NCBI RefSeq assembly: GCF_001194135.2
Contig: NC_068983.1
Location: 53,404,280 to 53,468,279, forward strand
Length of the DNA stretch: 64,000 nt
Reading direction: 5' to 3'
DNA from: Octopus bimaculoides
Taxonomy: Eukaryota
Positions 51,403 through 64,000 of this stretch are shown here, piece by piece (within the stretch, counting starts at the first letter, position 1; the number at the start of each line of letters is the position of its first letter). The translations under genes were made by a program, and so were the position numbers. Under the pieces are notes generated by a model. The model was not told where the DNA came from, ran no database searches, and saw only the letters and a list, made by a program, of their open reading frames with translations.

Positions 51403-51821
51403 TAAATACCATTTTAAACTAAACTAAGCTAAATACATGTAGTTTTCTTCTCTACCTCATCTTCCATTACCCAGTCCTACCTTGTTTCAACAGGTGATTC
51501 TGTCTCAAGGGTTCTCAACTACAACATTAAGTTCATTATTATCGATTTCTTCCTTTATGAACAAGACCCTGTAGTGTAGGAAAGGAACATAATCAATAAA
51601 ATCTATCGCAGTATATTGCTGGTAGCTATTTTATTGACCCCAGAGAGATGAAATTCAAAGTCAAACTCAGTGGATTTGGCAATTCTCTATTCAGAATTAA
51701 TGAATATATTTAAATTTATAATCTTTCTTTGCAGACATTCAAATTGGATAAAATCTGCATTGCTCATTCAATGAAGCAATATTTTTTCTTTAACTCTTTT
51801 CTCATGATTAAAAATGAAATT

Positions 51822-51896
<75 letters not shown>

Positions 51897-53436
51897 CACA
51901 CACATGCGTAGATACATCCCTACATATATATGTGAGTGTGTGTATAAAATGTATGAATTAATGTAAAACATATTTTCTCAGCATTTCAAACAAATTTTTT
52001 TTTTTTATTATTTATTCTTCACCTTCTAATCTCAAGTTGAAATAGTTAAGAAAGTCACAACTTTCTAAAATATTTCATCACTTGTATATGTAAAGTGAAA
52101 TAATTAATATTTTGAAATATTCAGTGAAATAAACTAATTAAGTTTAAGAAATCACTATTTTATTAACTGCATACACTCCAGCCAATATCATAATATCAGA
52201 ATAGTATTCACTTGGAAATATCGTGATCCAACAGATAATTTCTTACTTACATAAAAGTTTGAAATATCAAACAAGACTTGTGGAATAGGTGATTGAGAAT
52301 ATCCAATATTTTATATGATAAATTGATAGATGTATTAGTGAGATCTTGATAATCTAATTTGATATGAAATTTTATGTGAAATATGGTCTCACTGAACAAC
52401 TCTGTAATGTCATGAATAGGCTATGATGTGTTGGTCATCTGGTTTCTTTACTATTGTAACATTTGGTAGACAATGTGTAAGCTAGCTACTTAATCATTTA
52501 CATAGTTGTATGTTGAGCAGTTACCAACAAACTATACACACACACACACACACTTACATATGTGTGTGTGTGTTTGTGCATATACACACATCAATATATA
52601 TATATATATATAAATAATGAACAGGCATGCTCAGTCAGTGCTTTAGTTAATTAATATGCATTACCACCAAGTGTTCTGATATGTAAATGAGCAAAAGTAA
52701 TGCTGTTGTTGTTCATAGCATTAGTAATGTGTAACTATAAGCAACTTTCTCTCTCTCTCCCTCTTTCTTTCTCTCTCTCTCTCTCTCTCTAGATCAATTG
52801 ATTACTTACTCCTGATAAGCTGATAAAAATCAGGAAAATTAGTGTGTGCAGAGAGAGAAAAAAGAGCGAAAGATTTGTGGCTTAACCATGAAGTTCTGTC
52901 TGCACAATGAAGCTAAATGTATGTTCATTAAGCATACACATGTAAATTTATTTGATGTTTATATACGTTTGAGTTATCATCATCATCATCATCATGATTT
53001 TTATATCCACTTCTATTCTGATGTTGGCAGCATTCTATGACTGGATGCTCTTTCTGTGGTTAATCTTTACTTCTTCACTTCTGAGATTGTTTTGTTTTGT
53101 TTTTAATTTCCACTGATCGTTCTTTAAAGTCAATGTGCTTGAGAAAATGGTTGTCTTGCTGTGCCGTACATCATCATGTTATGTCCATTTTCCATACTGG
53201 CATGGATTGAACAGTTCAACAGCAGCTGGCATGCTAGGGGACTGCACCAGCTTGCAATGTCTACTTTGGCATGGTTTCTGCAGTTGGATGACCCAACCAC
53301 CTTATGGTGTGTACTGAGCGCTTTTTATGTGACACCGGCACTAGTGAGGTCACCAGGTAATTACAAGAGAAGACCCAGAGGGACAGGAACAGGTGTCCTA
53401 CTGTAAGGGAGATAGATGTTTATTTGATGGCATATT

Positions 53437-53824
53437 ATCTTCTATCTTTTACTTGTTTCAGGCATTAGACTGTGGCCATGGGGCACTGTCTTGATGTATT
53501 TTTAGTTGAATGGATTGACTCCAGTACTTATTTATTTTTTTAAACCTGTTCCTTATTCACTTGATCTCTTTTCCTAAACTAAGAAGTTATAGGGGCATAA
53601 ACACACCAAAACTGATCATCAAACATGAATTGGAAACAAACAAAGACACACAAATATATACAATAGGCTTCTTTTAGTTTCCATCTATCATTTCTACTCA
53701 CAAGACTTTGTTGGCCGAAGACTATAGTAGAATACACTTGCCCAAAGTGCCAGGCAGTGGAACTGAGCCTGAGACTATGTGGTTGAGAAGCAAACTTTTT
53801 CCCACACAGCTATGTCTGCACCTG
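53437..53824 (-). mobile_element. tRNA-derived SINE, family A (diverged)
   Basis: Same modular structure as 31403-31812. Confidence 0.8.
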
Positions 53825-54661
53825 TTAGAGACATACTTTTTCCTAAAATAGGGTCTCCAAAAATTACCCCTGGTCCTATATGCAAATTTGAACCTATATT
53901 TCATGAATTAATGCACTAAAACATTTATTCCCCTGAATCTGCTCTACTGAAAGTGTGATGTTTTTAATATAAACTTGTGTGTCTTTTATGCTATCAAACA
54001 TGGTACATCAAACTGCTTCCTTGCCTCATTTCACTACACAAATCACTTACAGCAAAACACTATGAATATTATAATACCAGAAACAGAAAATCCCTATTGA
54101 ATATAGATTTCTTTTCCATTTCCTTTTCAAATCTGTATTCTGATTTCTATTTCCTTTTCAAATCTATATTGAGAATTTCAGGAGAAGCTAGTAATTAAGT
54201 TAGAATGACCTCACTTCATTTATAAATTTATATTCAATAACTAGAAATTCATAGCTATATTTGACATAAATATGCATGCATTGGAATAAATTAATATTTT
54301 CATTTGTGTATATAAATCAACATGCATATATATTACATAGTTAAAAGAAATGTGATAACATACGGGTGAATACACACATATGTTAAATAATACTTCAAGA
54401 TAATACACACTGACATCCTCGTTTCTTTGCATGTTTTCAAACATACATGTACACGTTTGTGTGTGTGTGTTTGAGCTTACTCTTGGAATACAGGCATATT
54501 TAATATAAAAACAATAACCAACTAGGAAGCCAAAACTCAAAATTTAAATAGAATGAGAAATATATTTAACATCACCCTTGTAATTTTAATAATAATTAAA
54601 GGTGACTGTAAGACAGTACCTGGAGAATGAGGGAAGGACAAAATAACTCACATACACAGGG

Positions 54662-54692
<31 letters not shown>

Positions 54693-54784
54693 TAGATACC
54701 TTTGTCTCTTGTTTTTTAAGTTGTAATGCACTTGACCATTATGCAACAAGTTCATTATTATGATATAACAATGAATTTCATATA

Positions 54785-55050
54785 TGTGATCTGATCAGTA
54801 AGTATACAGACTGTTGCCATAGTAATGAAGCTAAAGTGTGCAGAGTGAAGCCACTTGGCACATATTGACCTTGAACTCTGGTGTGCATGTGCACTAAGTT
54901 TTAATATTCTAGCTCACTTCCGCTGTTTACAGCAGTGCTTGAAAGGAAGGGGTGTAGCATGTGATCATCGCTTTGACCATGACAGAGAAAGTTGAACTGA
55001 GAATCTTCATCAAATTTTGTCAAAAGCTTGATGATTCCTGCTCAGAGGCC
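54785..55050 (+). mobile_element. 5' fragment of a second mariner family (left end plus transposase start)
   Basis: ATG at 54979 encodes MTEKVELRIFIKFCQKLDDSCSEAYAVFK, resembling the EQR.CIKFC.KLG.S.SET N-terminus of mariner transposases; upstream sequence resembles a mariner TIR/5'UTR. Confidence 0.65.
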
Positions 55051-55517
55051 TATGCAGTTTTCAAAACGTTTTCATCATTCTCGACACCATTAAGAAGATA
55101 TTCTTTCACTTTCTGTCATCCAAATCCACTCACAGTTTATAGTACAAGACACTTGCCCAAAGTGGGACTGAACCCAGAACCCTCTGAATAGGAAGCAAAC
55201 TTCCTATCGCCTTATCACACAGCCACTTCTGCACCTATATATAACATATGTTTGTGTCTCTATGCCTCTGCCTGTACATGTATTTACCACTGAAAACCTG
55301 TGTTGCACTCCTTTATATTAAAGATTAATTAGGTATTCAATAAATAGAAATCATTAGAATAAGTAGTAGACAGAAATAACTATTGAGATCAATATGATCA
55401 ACTCAAAAACTTAGAGGGTGGTGACATAATGTGGCCATAGACACATGACAAGAAAACCAATAAATGAGTATAGATAACATATGTATATGTTATTGTAATG
55501 TAATATGCTAATACAGG

Positions 55518-55555
<38 letters not shown>

Positions 55556-56109
55556 TTCATCATCATTTAACATCTGTTTATCATGCTGGCATGGGTTGGA
55601 CGGTTTGATAGAAGCTGGCCAGCTAGAGAGCTGCACCAGGATCCAACTGTCTGCCATGAAATGGTTCTACAGCTGGATGCCCTTTTTAATGCTAACCACT
55701 TTACAGAGTGTATTGAATGGTTTTTATGTGACATCAGCTTGGGTGTTTTTTGTGTGTGTTTTAAGCATCAAAGATTACAAATCTGAAAAAAAAAGAAAAG
55801 GTTTATTTTTGGGAAAGAAGGGTTAAATCTGTCACACGACCCAACTTTTGGTAATCTTTCAATTTTGACTTCTTTCAAAAAGTTTTTTTTTTTCTTTTCA
55901 GATGTTTGTTTTAAACATGAGATTATTCTTCACAAACATGCATAACATGCATCTGAAAAAGTGTTTCAAGAGGGAGGGCAAGGCTGGAGGGTTTCAGAAG
56001 GGGGAAGGGCATACACCCCCATTTTTATATTTAGCATTTTCAAGATCTTTGAGACTTAAAAACATATGCATCTAAAGAAATTATGCAAGTTTTAGTCTAT
56101 TATTCACTC

Positions 56110-56445
56110 CCACTACATGGCACATTTAGTAATATGGTCCTGGTCCCATCAAAGTCTTTTGAGTGGATTTCATAACTGGAAACTGAAAGAAGCCCTATGT
56201 GTGGCCTTGTGTTGACATCAAGCAATGGCTGTAAATGAGCATCACCATCATACAAGCAATGTTGCTTATTTCCAGTCTTCAATGTAAAACATGTCTGGAA
56301 AATGTTACCTTGCTAGGAAATAAGTGAGGGTTTGCAACAGGAAGGGCATCAGGCCCTAGAAAATCTGTCTTAATAAACACTCTGTCTCACCCACACAACC
56401 ATGCGAGAGTTGATGATAAACCACAATGATGATGACAATGATATA
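56110..56445 (+). mobile_element. Chimeric SINE: family A-type body joined to a family C-type (GAT)n tail
   Basis: gtggattt...ggaaactgaaagaagccc (family A body), then ...aggaagggcatc...ccatgc...gatgatgac; second copy at ~60875-61255. Confidence 0.65.
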
Positions 56446-56808
56446 GATAGATAGATACAAACAGATGTGCATGCATGCACACACACACACACATGTGAGT
56501 GTGTTTATATATAATCAGTATTTTACATCCGCTTTTAGTATGCTGGCATTGACTGGGCAATTCTCCTGAGGCATTGTTTTATGACCAGATGACCGCCTTG
56601 TTGCCAAACCTTTAATTCATCACTTACAAGTAGGGATGTAGTCTGCCTATTCTAAAACTAAGATATGCATAGTAATACACAGTATGTGTGTATTATTTGT
56701 GAGTATGCGAATGCGTATGTGAGTTTATGAATATATATGTATATGTATTTATATCTGTGTGTGTGTATACATATATGTATATATATTTATATGTGTTTTT
56801 GTATGTGG

Positions 56809-56860
<52 letters not shown>

Positions 56861-57984
56861 CATATGCATACGCACACATTTATAATTAGTTGGTTGGTTT
56901 TAAGAAGAGGACGTGACTTAGATCCTACGTGACTGTCAATATAATTATTTCTGTTTATATATTTCTGTGTCTGTGTGCTTGTATAATTTTTTTTTTTTTG
57001 TTTTCATTTTTGTGTTTCTTCAATGTTCTACACCCTGTATCTAGAAATATTTCACATTCTCATTTATTTGTTTTCCAATTATGTAGTGAATGGTTATATA
57101 TTATCTTTACATCATTTTACAAAATATATCAGTACAACACAACTGAATAATATACACAAATATCCTTTTATAGAACTTTCGTTATGAATTTATATTTCCT
57201 TGCAAAATACTTATATTCCTTCTTCTGCTATATAAAATTCACGATATAAATTTTGGAAAAATAGAGAGAATAATAAATAAGATTTATGAAAGTGAAGGTA
57301 TTGATAAATTTGTTTTGTCGGTTCTTCATAATGTTAATGTATATTTTGAAGGCTCTCTAAACCATATTTTAAAAATACAATTTTCTAAGAGCTATTAATG
57401 GACAGAAAAATACTATTGTCAAAATTGATATCTGAAAAGGACATGAATATAATTTCCTGAAATTGAATTTGTCTTTAAAAACTCGTTTTATAATTATTAA
57501 CTAGCTAACTTCCCTTTTTTTAAATAGCAAACTTCTTGTTGCTTTCACTCTGTAATGGACAACTAATCATCATTTTCAAGAATTTATTTAAAGACTAGCT
57601 CCTAACATGTTGAAAGTTCCAGAATGTCTATTACATGTTATATTTGTCATCAATTCAGTTAATCAAGTGTTGTCCTCTGTGACCGTCATGGTAGGAATAA
57701 TGGCAATGCCTACAAAAGTAATGAAGGTGAGCTGCCTTAGTAAAGAATAAGGCATTCTGCAAACAAATGAAGGTCTGAAAGCTCTACAAATAATAGAAAT
57801 GAAACTAGCATGTAATATTTACATTGACCAGGATGACATTTGAGTCTACCAGAATACAGAACTTCAACTCTGTAGTGTCAGCAAATGAATATTATTAGAA
57901 AAAAAAATTACCTTATATTTGTTGATTTAAAGATTTTTTTAACAAATCCAAGACAAAATGTAGCTAAAGTGATATGTCATAAGG

Positions 57985-58190
57985 AGGATCAATGATGGAG
58001 CTGGGAGAGGTGGGGCCCTGACCAAAATATATAAGGAAAATGTTGTTGATAGGGTTGACCAACTGTAGATTTTCAGTCCTATTTTTTAGTTGGATCACTG
58101 CAGTATGCAGCAACATCTGCTTCATGGACAAGGCAAAATGGCCACCTGTCAGAAACATTCAGCATTATACATTCGGTTCACCAATCATGT
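57985..58190 (+). mobile_element. Tx1/L1-clade LINE reverse-transcriptase relic
   Basis: Frameshifted GAGRGGAL...DRVD...FSPIF.SWITAVCSNI...NGHLSETFSIIHSVHQSC, a decayed GGALINLDQ.KAFDRVDH...FGP.F..WI.A.YS.I...NGHLS..F.I..SVRQGC. Confidence 0.72.
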
Positions 58191-58371
58191 ACAACAATGG
58201 TAGAAATTATGGGAATAAGAATTTTAAAATTTGAATGAGCCAACATTAATTTTATTTTTTTTTTTAGATTTCACTGGCTAACAATATCCAACAAGTATCT
58301 GTTCATTATCTTTATAGTCCTGGAGGTCTGTTTGTATGTTTATAATAATATGGCTTGGGAAGACTTCTTGG

Positions 58372-58641
58372 GGCAAGTGAAAGCGAAATCGTGATGGCAC
58401 CACCATTCGAGCGTGATCGTTACCAGTGTTGCCTTCCTGGCACTTGTGCCGGTGCCACGTAAAAGCACCCACTACATTCTCGGAGTGCTTGGCGTTAGGA
58501 AGGGCATCCAGCTGTTAGAAACTCTGCCAAATCAGATTGGAGCCTGGTGTAGCCATCTGATTCACCAGTCCTCAGTCAAATCATCCAATCCATGCTAGCA
58601 TGGAAAGCGGACGTTAAACGATGATGATGATGATGATGATG
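58372..58641 (+). mobile_element. Retroposon family C with RTE-type (GAT)n tail
   Basis: ggcgttaggaagggcatccagctgt...ccatgctagcatggaaagcggacgttaaacgatgatgatg. Other copies at ~14060-14315 (+), ~23715-23920 (+), ~33510-33878 (+), ~53169-53350 (-) and ~55557-55735 (-). Confidence 0.85.
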
Positions 58642-61600
58642 GCTGTGTTGTAAATGTTGTTGAAGATCTAGGAAAATTTTGGAACTTGAAGACATGAATA
58701 TTGCTCTTGTTAATAATGTCTTCTTTCTCTTGTTTTTGTGCAGTATCTTAAATTACTTTCTCATATTCCTGCACATATTTTTAAAGTATATTTTAAATAT
58801 CCTTTTTACTACCATTGTTTGTAATTTAGTTTTACATAATAATTTGTATGAATAATTGGAGATACTCCTTATATGCTTTTACTGCCTTAGTCTTATTCAT
58901 TATTCCTTTTTTATCTCACAACCCCTTTTTTTTTTACCTTTTCATGCCTAAGTTTGCATCACCTCAAATTATACATATACATATTTTGAGGTTACAGCTG
59001 ATCAATTATTTCTGTCCTTACAAATACAGTTGGTATTTTCAAAAATCTTATTAATACCTCTGGTAATCTATTAAACGTGTTAGCTTTGGCAGTTTCAAAG
59101 CATAAATGTTACTCTCCACAAAGGAGGTTTCTATTACTACAGAGTACTCTTCTGCAGGAATTTACAAACTGCAAGTTAGACATGGTTGCATCATTTTCCA
59201 GAGTAACAATTATATAAAAAAAGAACAATATTTTTGTGTTATTAAAAAATATTTTCAATGAATTTAACTTACTTCACCAGAAGTAATTAATTTTTCTAAG
59301 TATTAAGTCTTATTTACCTTTTCCAGTAACTTAATAAAGATTGTGGCCTTTGCAAGTAATTTCAATGCAGTATGTGTTATACTAGTGCATGTTGAGCTCC
59401 AAACTGGAATAATAAACACTAGCTTTTTGGAATGCTACAGCATCAACAGTATACCCAGTAGTTTCATTGATTGATATATTGATTTTCTTCATGTTTCTTT
59501 TGTCCACACCAAACAATACCACCTACCTGATTCTATTGCTGTATGAAGGTCACATTAACACAGTAGATTTTTCTCGTGTTTCTACATCAACTCTATAAAA
59601 AGCTTTAAATCTAACTTTTTATATATTTTTTTCTTTTTGTAATGTACATTAAGAATCAAGCTGACTATTTAAAGAATTTCACACATTACTCAATCAAGAA
59701 TTTATTTCTGAGATTTTCAAACTTCTAAAAGAAGAATAATGAGTTTATAACAAAGGCTTTAGTAACATGTAGCTAACAAACCTTCAAATTACCTTCAGCA
59801 TTGTCAATCGTGAAGCATCTTTTAGGAACTTAACTCAGATCCTACCATCTTAAACATTTAGGGAGCTATTTAGATTATTCGTTTGATTTTAATACAGCAT
59901 TTTTATTCAGGTATTTTTACCAGAATTATATCACTGTGGGAAATATGAATCCTAACCTATGTATTTTACATTATTCATTTAAGTTAATGTTCAGCATATC
60001 TGCACTCCAAAGGTTGTCGTATTACTTTCTGAAGTTAAAATAGTGTTCAATTGATAATCACTTATTCTCAAGATCTATTTAGATAAATGGAAGAAATGTT
60101 ATTTTCCTAGCTTTTAGCTTTACTACTTTAATACTAAAAACATGGCTATTAATTTTTTAGATTTTCTGAAGTAAGCCTGCTTCTTTTATCTCTGATAGGA
60201 GAGAACATGTTTATGAAACAGTTTAATAAAACCTTCCTTATAATATTTTTTTTTCCATTAAGAAGTTCTTTTATTGGTCTAGTAATACATTTTTTCCATT
60301 AAGAAGCTGTTTTTTTTTTTTTTATATTGGCCTTAAGTTTCAACATTTTTTGAATCATTATATAGATTTCTTTCTTTGGCTTGCTCTCTGCCTCATCTCG
60401 TACATAATGCTCTTCACTGTTTCTCATTATACTCCCTTCAGAGAGGAAGGCAAATATTTTCATATTTCACTTGGACTGTCAGAAATTGTGAATTACAAAA
60501 CTATTCATAATTCGTCAACACTTTGAAAATACCGTAGAGTCAATATAAGCTTCCACTCTGATGTGTATCTGAAAATAGGTTTCCATTATTGTTCAGGCAC
60601 CACTTATGTTATTGCAGAGAACATATTGTTCTCTTTACACACTTTTAAAAAAATTAAGGCTTCAGACTTTTCTATATAACAAATTGTATTCACAAACTCT
60701 GTTCTGAATATAGAAAACTTTGATTAGCAGTTATAAAGTATGTGGATTTACTAGCTTCATACTGAATGCATTAATATATTGTTGAATCTTAGAACACTTA
60801 CTTTTTCTCTCTTTTTGTCTTTTTTTTTCTTTTTTTGACTAGTTAATTTTATAGTATTTGTAAAACAATATGAGTTTCTAACAACATCGTTTTGGGTTCT
60901 GTCCCACTGCAAGCCACCTTAAGCAAATGTCTTCTATTATCACTGCAGACTGATAAAAGCCTTGTAAGAGGATTTGATGGATGGAAACTGAAAGAAGATC
61001 AACATGTGTTTGTGTCGCCTTGTGTTGACAATGCAAGAGAGTCATAAATGGGTATCACTGTCTTAAAAGCAGTACCATTTATCTCCAATCTTCCATGAAA
61101 ACATGTCTAGGCATGTACCTGTCACTCGTCCTCACCTGCTTGGAAGCAGATGAGGACTAGTGACAGAGAGAGCATCAAACTGTAGTAAATCTTACCTAAA
61201 CAAATTCTATCTAACCCATGCAAGCATAGAAAAGTAGACATTAAAATGAAATATATGCAATATTGAAATGTCTTCAATTTTCATCTGGTATATTTATATT
61301 GAGTGGTTTCATATTATTTTCGAAATTATTTCTTGATAGGTGCTTAACATTTCAGCCATATTAATATAATCGTTGATCTATGTTTGAAATATAATCACTG
61401 ATAATGACATGTAGAACAAGGAATTTTGCTTTGGATGATGTTTTTCAAGATTTCAGTTAATACTTCTACATAAGTGCTTTAATTTGTGGCCCACTGTTTG
61501 TAATATTAAAGGAAAGATTTTATTCTTCTATAATAAAATTACTTAGGTTATCATGTATGTTTGTTAAAAAGAGAAAATATTTTTCATCCCAATGAGGATA

Positions 61601-61705
61601 ATGATAGCAATATAGTGGGAGTGTTCAAAATGTGATGATGAAATACATGATGTGTAGTTTGCTAAATATTCATGTTTTGGAATATATACTAAACACAATC
61701 CCTGA

Positions 61706-61775
61706 TTATATATATATATATATATATATNNNNNNNNNNNNNNNNNNNNNNNNNNNNNNNNNNNNNNNNNNNNNN

Positions 61776-61823
<48 letters not shown>
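61706..61823. repeat. (TA)n - gap - (TG)n microsatellite
   Basis: Directly visible; N gap at 61730-61775. Confidence 0.95.
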
Positions 61824-61825
<2 letters not shown>

Positions 61826-64000
61826 TGAAATCAAACCAAATAGTGATATTTTGATATCGTTTAATATGTACATATGAGGTTTGCATCGAAAATAATAGGA
61901 AATGCATCCATTACATAAAGCTTCCTCAGTTAAAGCATTTTCAAGGAAGATTTACGCAATGGAATGCATTTCCTGTTATATATAACAAGCCCAAAACATA
62001 TGTATTAAATGATTTTAAGATATCACTATATGGTTTGATTTCATTATTACATCTAATACAACTCAGTTGACAGTACAAACTAACTGGGCTTGACTCCACT
62101 TATGCTGACACTCCAACAATGATTTGGAGTAGTTTACAAGATCTGGTTCTGTACAGCATAACACAATATATATAATTAGAGGATATGTTAACGTTGTAAA
62201 GGGATGGTTGCATACAAGGAAATACTGGTTCAATACCTAGTATTTTGAGGGAATGAAATTCCCTTAAAACAGTAGGTATATATAAAGCATATAATTTATA
62301 TTCATTTAAAAGAAGAAAAGAATATGGAGATAAAGTGGTTAATAATTGTTTATTATTAACAAATTGGCCATAATGAACTGATAAGCCCACCTATAACATC
62401 CAAAGGTACATATTTTTGCCTCTGGTGAAATTATACTCATGTCACATAAATATAAATTTAATGCACAAATTTGTAATAAAATTATTGATAATTAATTGAA
62501 ACAGCTGTAAGAAGCAAAGATGACCATTTTTTTAATAATAAACAATTATTAACTTCCTTATTTCCATCTTTTCTTTTCTTCTTATATATATATATCAGAG
62601 GATAATTTTATAACTTCATTAAACCGAAAAGCAATTTCGTTAAACTGAAGAACAAAAATAAAAATAGGACTGCATTTGGAAGTGCTCAGGTGACACTGAG
62701 GCGAAAAGAGAAATAAATTGAAAGATATAATGAGTAAACACTCCAATTGGTCGAAACAACTTTATATCATTCCCAAATGATCAAAAATCAAATATAAATA
62801 TATATTAAAATAATAGGGTACCCAATGATAAAACCCAGTAGTATAAAATATACACGTATATATATATTAGGTGAACCATGTCACAGTCATAACCATGTCT
62901 AGTACACTATTACATAACATAAAGACTCATTATGTGTAAGTGTGTGGAATAACACAAATTCTTATCCATGAGTCAAAGTTATCTTAGTCTAAACAGGAAG
63001 AGGAGCATTCTTCTAGCTAACTTTCTACACCATAGCCAACTGCCCTGAATGAAAGTTTTGGAATTTAAGTTCTCTTTTATCTGAGCACTGCTCCATGAAC
63101 ATGTTTGCTACGTTTGCTTTAGCATTCTCCAATACACTCTTCACACACACACATATATGTATGTGTATTGAAACACATTCAAAGAGAGTGTAATTTGATC
63201 ACCTTACCAAAGTATACTTTGTGAAGTATTGCTAAAATAATATTTTGTATGCACCTTCTAAGAAAGGGATTTTTATGTTTATGTAATAAAAATTGATCTT
63301 ACTACAAAACATTCCCAATATAGACCTTTTAAAAAATTTATAAGATATGGTTAAAAATGGGTTTTATACTGTTGCTGAAAGATTTTATCTACAGAGGATA
63401 TTTTAGTATTTCTATATATATGAAATACATTTTAACACATTTTTCCAGATTATCTCTCCTTTATGATCAACTTAAAGTATGTATGCTCCATAAAATTACA
63501 TTAGGAAAAAATCTTATTTGAAAGAATGTTTTCGAGATATATTTTTAAGAAGAAATACATTACGTGGTTGGGTTGTGTATTTAACTGGTTTGGTATGTTA
63601 CTAACAAGATAGTGGAACTATTAAGCTGTTGTAGATTGAAATGGAATAGGAATTCATGATACTGTGAAAGATCTTTGAAGCAGATGCAGTATTAGTTTAT
63701 GACAGGAGTTCAAGCAGTTAACTATGGATTAATAACTTGCTTAATGAAATAGCAAAAATCCAGATTCATTAACATTTAATCTAAGACTATTGATAATTAG
63801 ATTGATACTTGAAATCTTTACATCTTTCAATTCTTCATTTGATGTTTAAAAGTTGTTTTGTTTCTTTGCATTTTTTTCTCCCCATTTTGCATTATAGGAT
63901 GAAGCCATAAGCTCTTTTGTTCATTATTATGATTGTTAGAGTTTAGTGCTAATTGTAATATCTAAAAGAAGCCTAATTGCAATCAATCATCTTAAATTTT

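Noticed and set aside
58744-58785. Candidate next exon YLKLLSHIPAHIFK (phase 0, tttttgtgcag| acceptor)
   Set aside because: Only vague similarity to the expected YL..LK...ARII motif, weak GTATAT donor, very short, and the downstream frame does not continue the VFT.

Overview
AT-rich animal genomic DNA, almost certainly octopus. This is inferred from its characteristic tRNA-derived SINE families and dense microsatellites; it is a draft scaffold with six N gaps. The only host gene I can support is on the + strand: three consecutive coding exons (22083-22244, 37217-37370, 44943-45123) with canonical AG/GT sites and matching phases. They splice into a 166-aa open peptide from the Venus-flytrap (ANF_receptor/PBP1) ligand-binding domain of a GABA-B-like class C receptor. 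It lacks several canonical GABA-binding residues, so it is probably an orphan or atypical receptor. The flanking exons were not found in the window. Everything else is intron, filled with transposons: an R4/Dong-clade LINE 3' portion in a (TAA)n tract, a full-length decayed D34D mariner, an internally deleted D37D (maT) element, a hAT Charlie/Buster transposase fossil, RTE/Tx1/CR1-type LINE relics, hAT- and piggyBac-type MITEs, and many SINE copies. Most ORFs in the supplied track are artefacts of N gaps or microsatellites. No CRISPR, rRNA or true tRNA gene was seen. All family assignments are from motif recognition, not database searches.
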